Shown here: positions 1 through 10,986 of the stretch, piece by piece | Layout: every line of letters begins with the position of its first letter | How positions within the stretch are numbered: position 1 is the first letter of the stretch | From: Eukaryota sp. GEM-RC1 | Taxonomy: Eukaryota | DNA length: 64,000 bases | Reading direction: 5' to 3' | NCBI GenBank assembly: GCA_040285855.1 | Contig: JAUFOQ010000003.1 | Coordinates: 558,001-622,000, forward strand | Translations under genes and position numbers: made by a program | Notes under the pieces: generated by a model | The model's database searches: none | What the model saw: the letters and a program-made list of their open reading frames with translations, nothing else | Told to the model about the DNA's origin: nothing

Positions 1-336
1 AAACGTAGGAATACGGAAAGGTGGTCTACAAGGATCTTTAGGGAAACAAGAATCACAGACTAGAAGGGGTCTCCCAGCGACGTTGAAACCACAAATAGTA
101 GAAGCACAAAACAGGCAAACCTTGGAAATAACATCAACAGAAGCAGATGAAAGAAGCTGAGGACAAGATACAGAGTCAGGAGGAATAGAAGGAGCAACCA
201 GTGTTGCTTCATCTGACAGAGCTTTACGGACCCGACATGTTGTTTTTGTGTGTCCAGTAGCCTTACAAACAGAACAAGTAGTCACTGAACCTTTAGGGCG
301 ACCTCTTGTGGGCTTAACAGAAGAAGATGATGTCAT
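1..336 (-). CDS. ORF running off the window start, with AT-hook and CCHC zinc knuckle (probably TE-derived)
   Basis: Manual translation from ATG at 336: MTSSSSVKPTRGRPKGSVTTCSVCKATGHTKTTC... contains an RGRP AT-hook core and C-x2-C-x4-H-x4-C. No stop to base 1; two further CxxC pairs (CLFC, CDSC). Absent from the ORF track. Confidence 0.6.
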   Translation of the reverse strand, partial: MTSSSSVKPTRGRPKGSVTTCSVCKATGHTKTTCRVRKALSDEATLVAPSIPPDSVSCPQLLSSASVDVISKVCLFCASTICGFNVAGRPLLVCDSCFPKDPCRPPFRIPTF

Positions 337-426
337 AAGCAGACATGAAGAGGAAAAAAAAACATAATTATTTATTCTAAAAGTAATAGACAACAACACT
401 ACAGTGTACATACATCTCACGAAAGA

Positions 427-1209
427 TTGGACTGTAAAAACCGTATTAGCTTGGCTAAGACTAAGAGTCCCGCTTTTTGTGCATTTTTGAATGATATTTC
501 TTCAAGCGCTGCGTCTTCATTTGTTTCTCGTTTGCCAAGAAAATTTTGTTTTAATCTTAAGGACCATGAATGGCTTATTAACATGAGACTTAGGTTAGGT
601 TTATGGCCTTCAGGTCTGTTGAAGCATTCTCCATGTCTTTGTGGTCGTTCAAAGGCTTCCAATTTTCATCATTTAGTTAACTGCCATCAATTTATTCATT
701 TTCGATCAATAATCCACAACAGTATCCGGGATACATGTTTGGATATGTTTAAGGCTAATGGTTTTCATGGAAAAATTGAACCTTTACTTGCTAATCTTTC
801 TGATCAGCCAAAGGTTGATAGAAGTCGTGGTGATTTGATTGGTCCTTGGTTATCTTGTCAGGAAATTATTATGGATTTCACGACTGTTGATCCTTGTAAT
901 TCAAGATCAATTTCCAAAAATTTTGATGATGATTTTTCTGCTCTTGAAGTGGCTGAAAAAGGAAAAAATTCAAAGTACCCAGACTGTCACTTAATTAACC
1001 AATTGAATGTTGACAGGTACAATTCTTTGTGTTTCAACCTTTTGCGATGTCGATATATGGTAATATTGGACCAGCTACACAAGGTTTTTTTGACTTCCTT
1101 TGGTAAATTGTGTTCTGAGTATGGTAAAGCTTTCAATGAAAATTTTTGGTTGAGTAAGTTAACGTTTGCGTTGGTTCGTTCAATGCACAGATATTTTAAT
1201 TCAATTTAA
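427..1209 (+). mobile_element. CRE/SLACS-like non-LTR retrotransposon 3' fragment (Zn knuckle + restriction-like endonuclease)
   Basis: MRLRLG, CLCG..HLVNC, HNSIRD, KIEP, RGDL, MDFTTVD and AEKGKNSKY are RLE motifs. Closely similar to the copy at 54.2-55.4 kb; degenerate at the C-terminus. Confidence 0.85.
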
Positions 1210-2095
1210 GGTAAGTTGTTCGGTGATGGACAGAAGGATCATAGTTTAGATACTTTAGTTAGTGTCTGTTAGTTATTAACTTCTGCAAATGCATTTATTT
1301 CACTGACTGATCATAAACCCCGTTTTTTATCAAATTGTTTTTGAAGCAACCTATATATACAACTAAATATACAAAATGAATAAAATACAAAAGACCAACA
1401 CGACAATTTTTTGTCGTGCGACAAAAATATATCATGAGGTCATAAATCTGTGATTGAGAACACTTTCCCCCAGCAAAATGTCAAGTAGAATCTCATCCGA
1501 ATGAAGTTGGTGTGTAGAACATCCAAAACAACAGTTGCAAAGAAACGTTGTTGGTGATGTATCCCCAAAGAGCAAATCCCATGTTGAGAACTGTGATAAT
1601 ACAATGCTTTGGGATTGTTGAGATTACTAAAATTTGCTTAAAACTAATTGACTTTCCAGTAAACTGGTCAAATAATACTTTAGTCTCTGGAAATATGTAT
1701 GAATTCAGAATACATGTAGATACATGATATAGATTCAAAGTTAGTAATCTGAAGTTAAAAAGCAGAGATGGTGTTGTAGTGTAGATTGTTCTTCCATAAT
1801 TTTGTATTTCTCTCATGATACCGCTCTCTTAAACTATTTCGTGTAGTAGAACTATTGAATGATGGAGAAGGTCACTACATGTATGTACCTGAAGGTCCAA
1901 CACAAAAGAATTGAACGGAATCTACTCTGAATCGAAAACGGAACCATTTTGAAAACACTTAGCAACATCAAGCTACATGTGAAAAGCCATGGAATATACA
2001 AACTGACACTTGTATCTTAAAATGATTGATGCTTCCAAAATTCACAAATTCCAAATAAAATTCAAAAATTTATAACACTAAAACAGAAATATCAA

Positions 2096-4296
2096 CTACA
2101 TAAACTCTGGAATGTCAATGGCCAAGACTTCTAAACAAGTCTCAGCGCATTTCTTAACAACTTCCAAGAACTTCATCCAACCTAAACAATCAGACAGATT
2201 AGATTCACCAAAGTCTGATGGTAAGAATCGAACTCTCTTATAAAGGGATGAGAAAGAAGCGGCAAAGTTAGCTAATTGATCACAAACAATGTGAGTACCA
2301 AAGTCTGGTAATGAAGGTGACAGCACAGCAGATTCCGAAGCTGTTTTCAGCGTATTTGCTGGCATCGCAGCCATTTTGATTGAGGAAGGTAATGACGCGA
2401 CAAAGGTCAAAAACAAACCCCAAGCACCATCATCTCCGTCAAGAATATTATCACTAGGAGTGACTTTCTCCTCAACTGCTTGCTTCAGAGCCTCGTTATC
2501 AGCAGCCTTCTTAAGCACAGTGTTAATTCTAGTAACATTGTAAAGAATAAAAGGGGCTTGAGTCTGCTCACTGAAATCACAGGCCTTTTCAGGGTTAAAA
2601 ACTATCTCATTACGGGGGTGTTGTTTAATAAAGCAATCTTGAGGGCAGCAGAGGCTATTTGCTTGGCAATCACTTCCACTTTCTGCTTCTTCTCTTCATC
2701 AGTATCCTCTTTAATCCATCTGGGAGTCATGATCCCTAAAACACGTTCCTCGAGATCATCTAACAGATCGTCAGCTAGAACGTAGCGTCCACGTCTACCA
2801 GACATCTTTCCAGAGGTTAGTTTGACTAGACCATATGGGAAGTGACAGAGTCTACCCTTCTTTGATTCCTCCCCTTGAGATTCCCCTTGAGTTAACATGT
2901 GTGAGGTAATAAGAACTTTCTCCTGAGCCAAACATTGCTCTCCACCAACAACATTCACACTTAAATCATGAGCATTGATCTTCTGAACAGCGTAAACAGC
3001 ATCTCTTAAGGAATAAAGAGACGATCCGTCAGGTCTAACAACAAAGAACTTGGGATAGTTCAAGGGGAATCCCTTTTACCACGGGGAAGACCAGCATCGT
3101 CCAAGAACTTATCCAAATCTAAATACCCCCAGTAGTTCCATCAGAAGGAGTAAAGTAGGGAGTTTTGACTAGGAAATCCATGACAAAACCAACAGCGCCG
3201 GTCCAGGACAACTCAGATTCGAAAGTGAAAGAGTCGTGAAAAGCATTGACTCTAGCTAAGGTATCACAAGCAGCTCCAAGCACAGAAATGACCATAGGTC
3301 TAAATCTCTTGACACTTTCCTCATCCCCTTGTTCATAAGAGAGATTCAGAGTAGCAGAGGCTTCGTAGATAGTAGGTTTACCGTCCTTGCCACTCCACTT
3401 CTCAATACAAGCATTCAGCAACTTGACAATGAGCCCAGGTACTCTTCCTAGTAGGTCTCCTAGAGAACTCAGAGGTTGTTCAGAGGAAGTGTGGGTGGTA
3501 CGAAGCTTCTCTAGCTCTTCAGCTGGATTTGATGACGTGACAGCGGTCAAAAGGGTTTCAAAAGACAGCTCCTGTGCACGCTGGATCTCTTCAAACGAGT
3601 TCATGACAGCGTACACCAGTCCTGTCCAGTAGTCGTTCTTAGTAATAGCCTCGTTAACTCCTTCCTCAACACTATCAGGGGGAAGGACATACCTCCCATC
3701 CTAATAAAGTAAGCCCGATCTGAGCACCCATGTCGTTAACGTAAAATTCTTCAACAACGTCGAATCCAACAGCAGAGAGTAGACGGGAGAGGTGGAGACC
3801 AAGGAGGACGTTACGGAGGTTACCGATGTGGAGGGGAGAGTTGGGGTTGGAAGAGGTGTGTTCAACCATGGCTGATAGACCCTTGGCTACAGAAGTGTAA
3901 CCGTATTTGGGGGTGGAGAAAACAAGAGAGGAAATTAGGGAGAAGATTCTAGATCGGTTGAGGTTTAGGTTGAGGTAAGGACCAGCAGCAACTGCTTCGC
4001 GAGTGACATGGGTTGATCGATCTTCAGGAGAGAGAGATTCGATGTGGGTATTGATTTTGGAAGCAATTGTTGAAGTGTAGTCTCTAGGAAGTTTTCGACG
4101 AGAAATGATTGGTTGGAGAATGACAGCTAGATCACCTTCTGATAGCTTACGAGACTATACTTAGAAAGAGAAAAGAGCAACATACTAGATTAATGGCCAC
4201 ATCATCAATATTGATATCTTCAGCTGCAAAAACAGGTCTAAGTTCATTAGCAACAAGTTGTAAAAGATCAGGAATTGGTTCAGCTGAAAGAGACAT
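2096..4296 (-). CDS. RARS1: Arginyl-tRNA synthetase (one intron, three homopolymer frameshifts)
   Basis: GPYLNL in the N-domain, VEHTSSNPNSPLHIGNLRN (HIGH), FYVNDMGAQI, RPDGSSLY, KMSGRRG (KMSK-like), APFILYNVTRI and a C-terminal ..PEFM. Frames join by single-base indels at about 3697, 3128 and 2616. Confidence 0.93.
4155..4185 (-). other. 31-nt spliceosomal intron in ArgRS
   Basis: GTATGT...CTAAGTATAG. Removal joins ..VAINL to SRKLSEGDL, in frame with the HIGH-containing ORF. Confidence 0.85.
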
Positions 4297-4343
4297 TTGG
4301 AGTTTGATGAAAAAGTTGTTTCTTAGACAATATCACACTCTAG

Positions 4344-6379
4344 ATGTCAGACTCATCACCGTACTCAGATCAACAGAGCCCTGCTTCTGATAGATCTCTT
4401 GAAACTCCTTCGGTTTCACCCACTAAACAAACTTCTCTGAATTATGGCGAGATGCTACATGTTGAAGCACTTGTCAAACAAATAGAAAAAGAAGAGCAAC
4501 TGCGTCAAGAAGCTGACAAACGCCGACTCCAAGAAACTGAGTTTTGCACCTTCTCTCCATCTATATCTGAATCAGCCAGAAGCATCTCAAACCGTGATCC
4601 CCTTAGTAAACGCTTTAAAGACGAGATTGAGGAAAAGAAACTCCGTCTCCAACAACTACAACAACAAATCCTATCTGAAATCAACAAAGAATCCACCTTT
4701 TCCCCCAAAACTAATGCCTACAAGTTTGCCAATGACCGTGAGGACTTTCTCACTGAACAACAGAAACTAGAACAACAACGTCATGAGAAACTCCACCAAC
4801 TTAAGTCCTCCTTTACTGAATCCGCTAGCTTCTCCCCTTCTATTTCCATGTACTCTAAAACTCTTCATCGTGAGGAACCTGTCCATGAGCGTCTCTATGG
4901 TCTTTCAAAGAACTTAGCCAAGACTGAAGAAGATCCTCTAATAGACAGGCAAACTGGTTCTGCTCTGTTCACCCCTCGTACTAATCATCGTTCTCCTTCC
5001 CATGAGTATCTCCGTGATCGTCCTTCATTGTTTGATGAAGCTAAGAGAAGACAAGAAGTGATGGAGAGAAGAATACAAGAGGAAGAAGCCGTACCTCCAA
5101 CTCAACCAACGCCAATCAGTGATCAATCTAGAAAACTAGCCATTACAAGGCTAATTCGACTGTTAAAAGAAGGGGTAAAGAAGTTATCCCCTGAAACTAT
5201 GTCACTTTCTAAATCTGAGACTACCAAACTACTTCGATATCTTGGGTTCTTCAAACAGAATCCTTCTATAGTGGATCGAACATTTGAAAGCTCGTTTATT
5301 GAGCGGCTTTTCTCTAGTATTCCTCTACCATCGCGTGATGTGATTTCTTTATCGACTTTGATTAGGTTTAGTGGAACGTGTTTGCGATGGAATCGTACTG
5401 ATATGATACGTGAGCTGCAGGAAATTGATCAATCATTTTTGACTGAGTTTGATGACGTGTATGTTACCCCAGTTGATGGTCATGAAGCTTCCTTTTACAG
5501 TTGAAACGAGACTTTTTAGAGATGAATTCGACTCGTTTGGCCTTTGTCAAGACCGAAAAGCGAGATTCCAATGTTGAAGAATCCACCTTCACCCCGGTTA
5601 TTAATAGTAAAAGTAAGCAAATGGACAGAACTAACGCGGTACCAAGACATGAGAAGTTGATCCTGGAACAGAGGAAGAGAGAAGAAAAGGCAGAAAAGTT
5701 AAAGAAGGAGAAGGAGGAGAAAGAATTGGCAGGTTGTACTTTTAAGCCAAGTATTTCGAAAAAATTTAATTCTGGTTCAGTTAATGTTAATCGCAGAGCT
5801 TCAAAATATTCATCGACTTTTGACTATCTCTATTCAACTGGTAAGAAATCAGCACCTAGAAACGTCAAACCTTCAGATGAAAAAGAGCTCACTGAGTGTA
5901 CTTTTAGACCTAATCTTGCCAAGGTTCCAGTTAAAAACCTGGGTCAGAATGTAGAGTTCAAGGGTCGAACTCAAGCAGCTTTAGATTCGACAGTTCAACG
6001 ACTACGGAAAGCAAAGGAAATGAGAGAAGAACAGAAGAGGCGGGAAAACGGATTAGGAAATAGCTCAAAATCATGGGCTCATCGCAATCGGGAAGTCAAA
6101 CCATTTGACCTAGAGACCGAGAAGAGATCAAATGTTCGTGATCTGAAGCAGCCTCTGCTATACATGGACGTTGCTTTAGGAGGTGGTAAGACTGGTAGGT
6201 TGGGAATTCACAAAGGCGATGATCCCGAAGAGTTAGCTAAGAGGTTTGCTGAAGTGTATCATTTGGATGAAGTACTGACTCATCGACTATCTTTATTGAT
6301 CAACGAGCAGCTTGTTACTCTGGGTGAGAAGGAGAGTTCTGATGAAGGAGAGGAGAGTTTTGAAAGTGTTTCGGAGTAG
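4344..6379 (+). CDS. Coiled-coil protein with repeated (E)xTFxP motifs, function unknown
   Basis: ORFs 4344-5504 and 5501-6379 share CTFSP/STFSP/STFTP/CTFKP/CTFRP repeats and join by one extra T in the TTTT at about 5495. C-terminal PLLYMDVALGGGKTGRLGIHKGDDPEELAKRF domain. Confidence 0.7.
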
Positions 6380-6469
6380 AATCTGTATAATAAATTGTAA
6401 TGATTGTTGAGTTTTTAAGTCTGACAGATATCAAACACAAATACCATATCATTGCCTTTATGTCTTGTT

Positions 6470-6830
6470 TTGAGTGATGTCTACACTAATGACGAAGGCT
6501 TATTTGGGTTTCAAGCACTCGGTGATGGTGAATATGAACTTAATTTCTCTTTGGAAGGTTATGAATCAAAGGCAGTCACTGTTATAGTGTCTAATAGAGG
6601 CAAGTTTCTCTTTGTTCCTCTTTCATCTGAAACAACAACTTTCCTTGTATCTGGAACCGTACATAATGATTACATTGATGACGTCATCAAACTTTCTGGA
6701 ACCAGAAACTCCTTCTTTGCTTTAACTTCTAATGGTGACGTTTACTCTTGGGGTCGCAATCCTGCAGGATGTTTATGCTTGGGCCATGAAGAGGATGTTA
6801 ATCGTCCTCAACTTATCAAAGATATTCCCC
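6470..6830 (+). pseudogene. Fragment: carboxypeptidase-regulatory-like module followed by an RCC1 repeat
   Basis: DVYTNDEGLF..GEYELNFSLEGY is paralogous to the neighbouring BspA gene, followed by FFALTSNGDVYSWGRNPAGCLCLGH..RPQLI (RCC1). No ATG, and it is truncated shortly before a TE. Confidence 0.65.
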
Positions 6831-6899
6831 CTCCAACGTTAAGACACCTGTGGCTAAGAGAACAAGGAGCTCGAGAGAAGAGAATAGGTAATGTTAGCC

Positions 6900-7480
6900 C
6901 AGGGATTGCAAAATATATATATATATTTATTGTCCACCAACAATATTTATTGACAATAACAGAACTGGAACAATATGATATTGTTATTGTGAACAATATG
7001 ATATTGTTATTGTGAACAATATATTGCAATAATGCAAAAAATAAACATAACGGAGTTTATTTGCAACAACAGTTTTTTCTACGAGTTGAATATTCCTGCC
7101 AATTGTTATTTCATACCAGAAAGGAGGATTGTAGAGCAACAACGAATGTTTTACTATGATAAACTGATCTAAAGCATGTCAATAACAACCTAAAGTGAGT
7201 TTTGTGTGACTGAAGAGCCCCTCAACTTCATTGGAGGCAAGGTGAATGACTGAAAAGTCAATGTACTCTGAATTGCTGGTGCTTGAAGCAATAAGTTGAC
7301 AGTCGATAACGAGTGTAGAACTCACTGTATGGTCTTGTTTAGTTGCCTTCTTCTTAAGGAGTCATTGTCTATCCTATTACACAATGTTTTCTCCCACAAA
7401 GATTCCACAAAACACTGACGTATCAATTATTTCACAAACAATAACCCATCAATATATTGCAATATATTGTTATTGTACAT
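6900..7480 (-). mobile_element. Degenerate hAT remnant
   Basis: Starts CAGGGATTGCAAAAT with (G/A)CAATA/TATTG subterminal repeats. The minus strand at about 7090-7270 reads YIDFSVIHLASNEVEGLFSHTKLTLGCY*HALD..LLLYNPPFW (hAT C-terminal motif). Confidence 0.65.
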
Positions 7481-7824
7481 GTACCCTTTAGTATGCTCGC
7501 ATTGGAACCTTGCTTGTATTAGGGTCCTTTAAATCTCTCTTTTGTATAATGAAATTGTACAGTATGTAGTATGTAAACTCGAATGTACTGTACAAGACAA
7601 AACCATCCCGTCTAATTAATATTAAAGAAATCGATTGGTGTAATCATGTGTGAAATGTCTTTTAAGGTTTGCAATTATCTCACAATCTACTGTAGATAAG
7701 TCCCGATGTCATTTCAAGTTCATGTGATCTCATCGTGATTATGATCAATAAGTGATTTTCTGTTAAATGTTCGTTACAAAAAGTGTATGATTTCAATCCC
7801 CTTACTTCTTTCATTTCTTCAGAT

Positions 7825-10116
7825 ATGAGTAAGTCGGAACACAGTCCACTTCCTGAATCTTATACTCGAACTTCTGCTCTGTATTCCCATACACCTCACG
7901 CTTTACCAGATCTTCATCCGCAACATCCCAATTTAGTTCCCAATTTAGTTCCTGATCTTGATGAAACCGCCGATAACCAACACACATCGTACGATCGTCC
8001 TTTGTTTCTCCAATTGGAACCTCTTCATGATTATGCCTTAAATATCCAGTCCACCGCTAAGGCAAAGTGGTGTCAACTTGGGACCAAGGGCAACGTGGCT
8101 GTTGCTATAGGCTGTGCTCTACTTATTCTCTTAGGTTTACTTTTTTACTTTCCTTTTTCTTCCTTTACCCAGAAGTCCTTTATTGTTTCTGGAATCGTCA
8201 CCACAGATACAGAATCTGTTGGACTTCCTGGAGTTCTTGTTTTTGGTGAAGGATTTGATGACGTTTACACTGAAGATGATGGTTTGTTTGAACTTCAATC
8301 TGGTTTAATCAGTGGTAAGTATGATCTTAGTTTCCAACTTGGAGGTTATATTCCGAAATCCATTCAAATTACAGTTTCCAGTCATGACAAGTTTGTTAAT
8401 GTTTCTCTTAAGGCTCTTGTTTCTCTAAATCTCACTATCTATGACAAGGACAGCCTTGAAGCAGTTCCAAATCCTCGAGTAAAACTAATCAATCAAAATT
8501 TGATTGTTGATGGAGATGACGAAGGACACGTTTTACTTGATTCGCTATTTCCAGATGATTATGAACTGATTTTGATGCATTCTGACTATTATGATCGATA
8601 TCTTACAGTAGAACTAATCAGTTCTAAATCTCTATCTTTTGAATTGAAACGTCATGGTTTTACTATTGTTAACTACACAATTACTGATTACGACGCTTCT
8701 TTTGGTTCAATAGTTGAAATTCCTTCAAGTATTAATGGTGTTGAGATTACTACAATTGGTTCTGCGGCTTTCCAATCAAAAGAGCTCACTTCAGTCGTGA
8801 TTGCAGATAGTGTTAAAACTATTGAGTCTGATGCTTTTAGGAACAACTCATTAACGTCAGTTGTTCTAGGAAATTCCTTGGAATACATTGGTGACAGTGC
8901 TTTTAACAGTAATTTCCTTACTGAACTGATACTTGATGTTACAACGATTGGTCACTCTGCTTTCTCAAGTAATTACTTGCAGAATCTTACTCTAGGATCA
9001 TCTCTAACTTCTATTGAGTCATTTGCATTTGCTGACAATGAGATTTCATCTCTTGTTATCCCAAACAGTGTCATTTTCATTGGAAACAGTTCCTTTATTA
9101 ATAATGAGTTAACATTTTTAAATTTGTCTGAATCTCTTACCACCATTCCTCGCTATTCTTTTCAACACAATAGTCTGACTGATATCGTTATTCCTTCTTC
9201 TATAACAACAATTGAATCTCATGCGTTTAGTGATAACTATTTGAGTTCTGTCACTTTGGGCGATTCCTTAGAGTTCATTGGAAGCTTTGCCTTTTCAGAG
9301 AATTCACTTGCCAACATTGTGATTCCAGATTCAGTCACAGTCATTCATGATAGTGCTTTCCGTGATAACCTGTTAGTTAGTTTAACCTTAGGAACAGAGT
9401 TAATTACAATTGGTTATAACGCCTTTCGAAACAACCAAATTGTCAACGTTGCAATTCCAAATAAGGTTGTTTCAATTGGTGATAGTTCCTTTATGGGCAA
9501 TCAAATAACAAGTGTAAGTCTTTCAGAGACTTTGGAGATCATCGAAGCTTGGGCTTTTGCTTATAATCAGATCACTACCATTGATCTTCCTGTTTCTCTT
9601 CACACCATTGAAGATAGAGCTTTCTCCCACAACTTCTTAAAGAATGTTGATATTCCTGACAGTGTTGTAACCATAGGAGGAAGGTCTTTTGCTGGGCAAA
9701 ACATTGAAACTCTTACTTTTGGAACATCTCTTGAACACATTGGTGTCAACGCCTTTGATAATTCGGCTATCAAGATGTTACATTTTCCAGATAGTTTGTT
9801 AACCATCGGCTGGAACGCTTTCCGTGGTAACAATATTGAAGCTGTTACTTTCGGTTCATCTATCCAAGATATTGCTAATGGTGCTTTTGATAACAACGAC
9901 ATTGAATCAGTAGAGTTTCCAGATAGCCTTCAAACAATTGGCTGGAATGCATTTAGATCAAACCCTGTCTTGTCAGTTACTATTGGGGAAGGAGTGGAGG
10001 TTGGCACTGGAGCTATTCCGAACTCATTTGTCTCGATTTACCAAAATCAAGGTAAATCTGCTGGGTTATACACTAGACCTGATACTGACTCTGATGATTG
10101 GACTTTGATTGATTAG
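7825..10116 (+). CDS. BspA-like (LRR_5/TpLRR) type II membrane surface protein with carboxypeptidase-regulatory-like modules
   Basis: One TM helix (VAVAIGCALLILLGLLFYF), two CarboxypepD_reg-like modules, IPSSINGVEITTIGSAAF, then about 18 xIPxSVxxIGxxAFxxN repeats. Uninterrupted ORF. Confidence 0.9.
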   Translation: MSKSEHSPLPESYTRTSALYSHTPHALPDLHPQHPNLVPNLVPDLDETADNQHTSYDRPLFLQLEPLHDYALNIQSTAKAKWCQLGTKGNVAVAIGCALLILLGLLFYFPFSSFTQKSFIVSGIVTTDTESVGLPGVLVFGEGFDDVYTEDDGLFELQSGLISGKYDLSFQLGGYIPKSIQITVSSHDKFVNVSLKALVSLNLTIYDKDSLEAVPNPRVKLINQNLIVDGDDEGHVLLDSLFPDDYELILMHSDYYDRYLTVELISSKSLSFELKRHGFTIVNYTITDYDASFGSIVEIPSSINGVEITTIGSAAFQSKELTSVVIADSVKTIESDAFRNNSLTSVVLGNSLEYIGDSAFNSNFLTELILDVTTIGHSAFSSNYLQNLTLGSSLTSIESFAFADNEISSLVIPNSVIFIGNSSFINNELTFLNLSESLTTIPRYSFQHNSLTDIVIPSSITTIESHAFSDNYLSSVTLGDSLEFIGSFAFSENSLANIVIPDSVTVIHDSAFRDNLLVSLTLGTELITIGYNAFRNNQIVNVAIPNKVVSIGDSSFMGNQITSVSLSETLEIIEAWAFAYNQITTIDLPVSLHTIEDRAFSHNFLKNVDIPDSVVTIGGRSFAGQNIETLTFGTSLEHIGVNAFDNSAIKMLHFPDSLLTIGWNAFRGNNIEAVTFGSSIQDIANGAFDNNDIESVEFPDSLQTIGWNAFRSNPVLSVTIGEGVEVGTGAIPNSFVSIYQNQGKSAGLYTRPDTDSDDWTLID

Positions 10117-10986
10117 GGTCATGTTGATTTGTACTTATTTTCTTGTGTATCTGCGGTATAATCAACCTAACCCTGATGATACTAACTCATTCTGGACAAT
10201 GACTTGTTATGGATGAGGACATTCATAGTCTAGAGTTCTTAGTCTAAGTGAAAAGAGACTGGTATTGAACCAAAAGAATCGAATCTTTATGTGAATATTT
10301 AATTCTGCTACAATGATAGGAATTGCTGAAAATGACTTGAAATTGCTGTGACGTTTTAGGAAGGAAAGTCTTGGATGAAAACACACAGCAGACGCTTGTG
10401 GAAATATTTACTCTCAATAAGACTAATTATGTGCTGATTTTTTCCCGATCGATAACACACATTTCAAAATTCAGAATTATTGAACTTCGTTATCTACAGG
10501 CAAATCAGTAATGTCATCATCAACTTCTGTTTGTCAAGTCAGACTCCCGTCTACTTAGTTTTGTTGTAGTTTCTTCAGAAATTTTATTGCTGAAATCGTT
10601 TATTACTAGAAAAGGTTAAACGATGGGACATTTGAAGTTGAAGTTGCACTTTGAAAATGATTTTTTCATATTCTTACGAGCTTTTTTTCTAGAAATACAG
10701 TAGTTTTGTTTTATCGTACATGTACCTAAAGCACGTACAATATGTAGGAGTTTGGACATATTAATCCAATCAGTTTTTATAATTACTTGTTCAAAGGAAC
10801 AGCATCGATTCACTGCATCTACCATGAAAATCATTAATATGTTTTGAAACGTGTTACAGTAGATAGTCGAATGAAATAGTCAATATTGAATCTCATTTTG
10901 AATAGTTTATACAAATTCAAAAAACTCGACGGAAACCAATCTAAAACTAAAAAACTTTAAATTAAAATTACAACAAAACAATCAAT

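Noticed and set aside
3672..3692. 21-nt GTATGT..ATAG candidate intron in ArgRS
   Set aside because: Removal keeps the same frame and hits TGA immediately. A one-base G-run correction restores the protein instead.
5457..5500. Candidate intron joining ORFs 4344 and 5501
   Set aside because: The GTATGT donor gives a stop. The GTGTAT donor would give a 44-nt intron, atypical here, and a T-run indel explains the break more simply.
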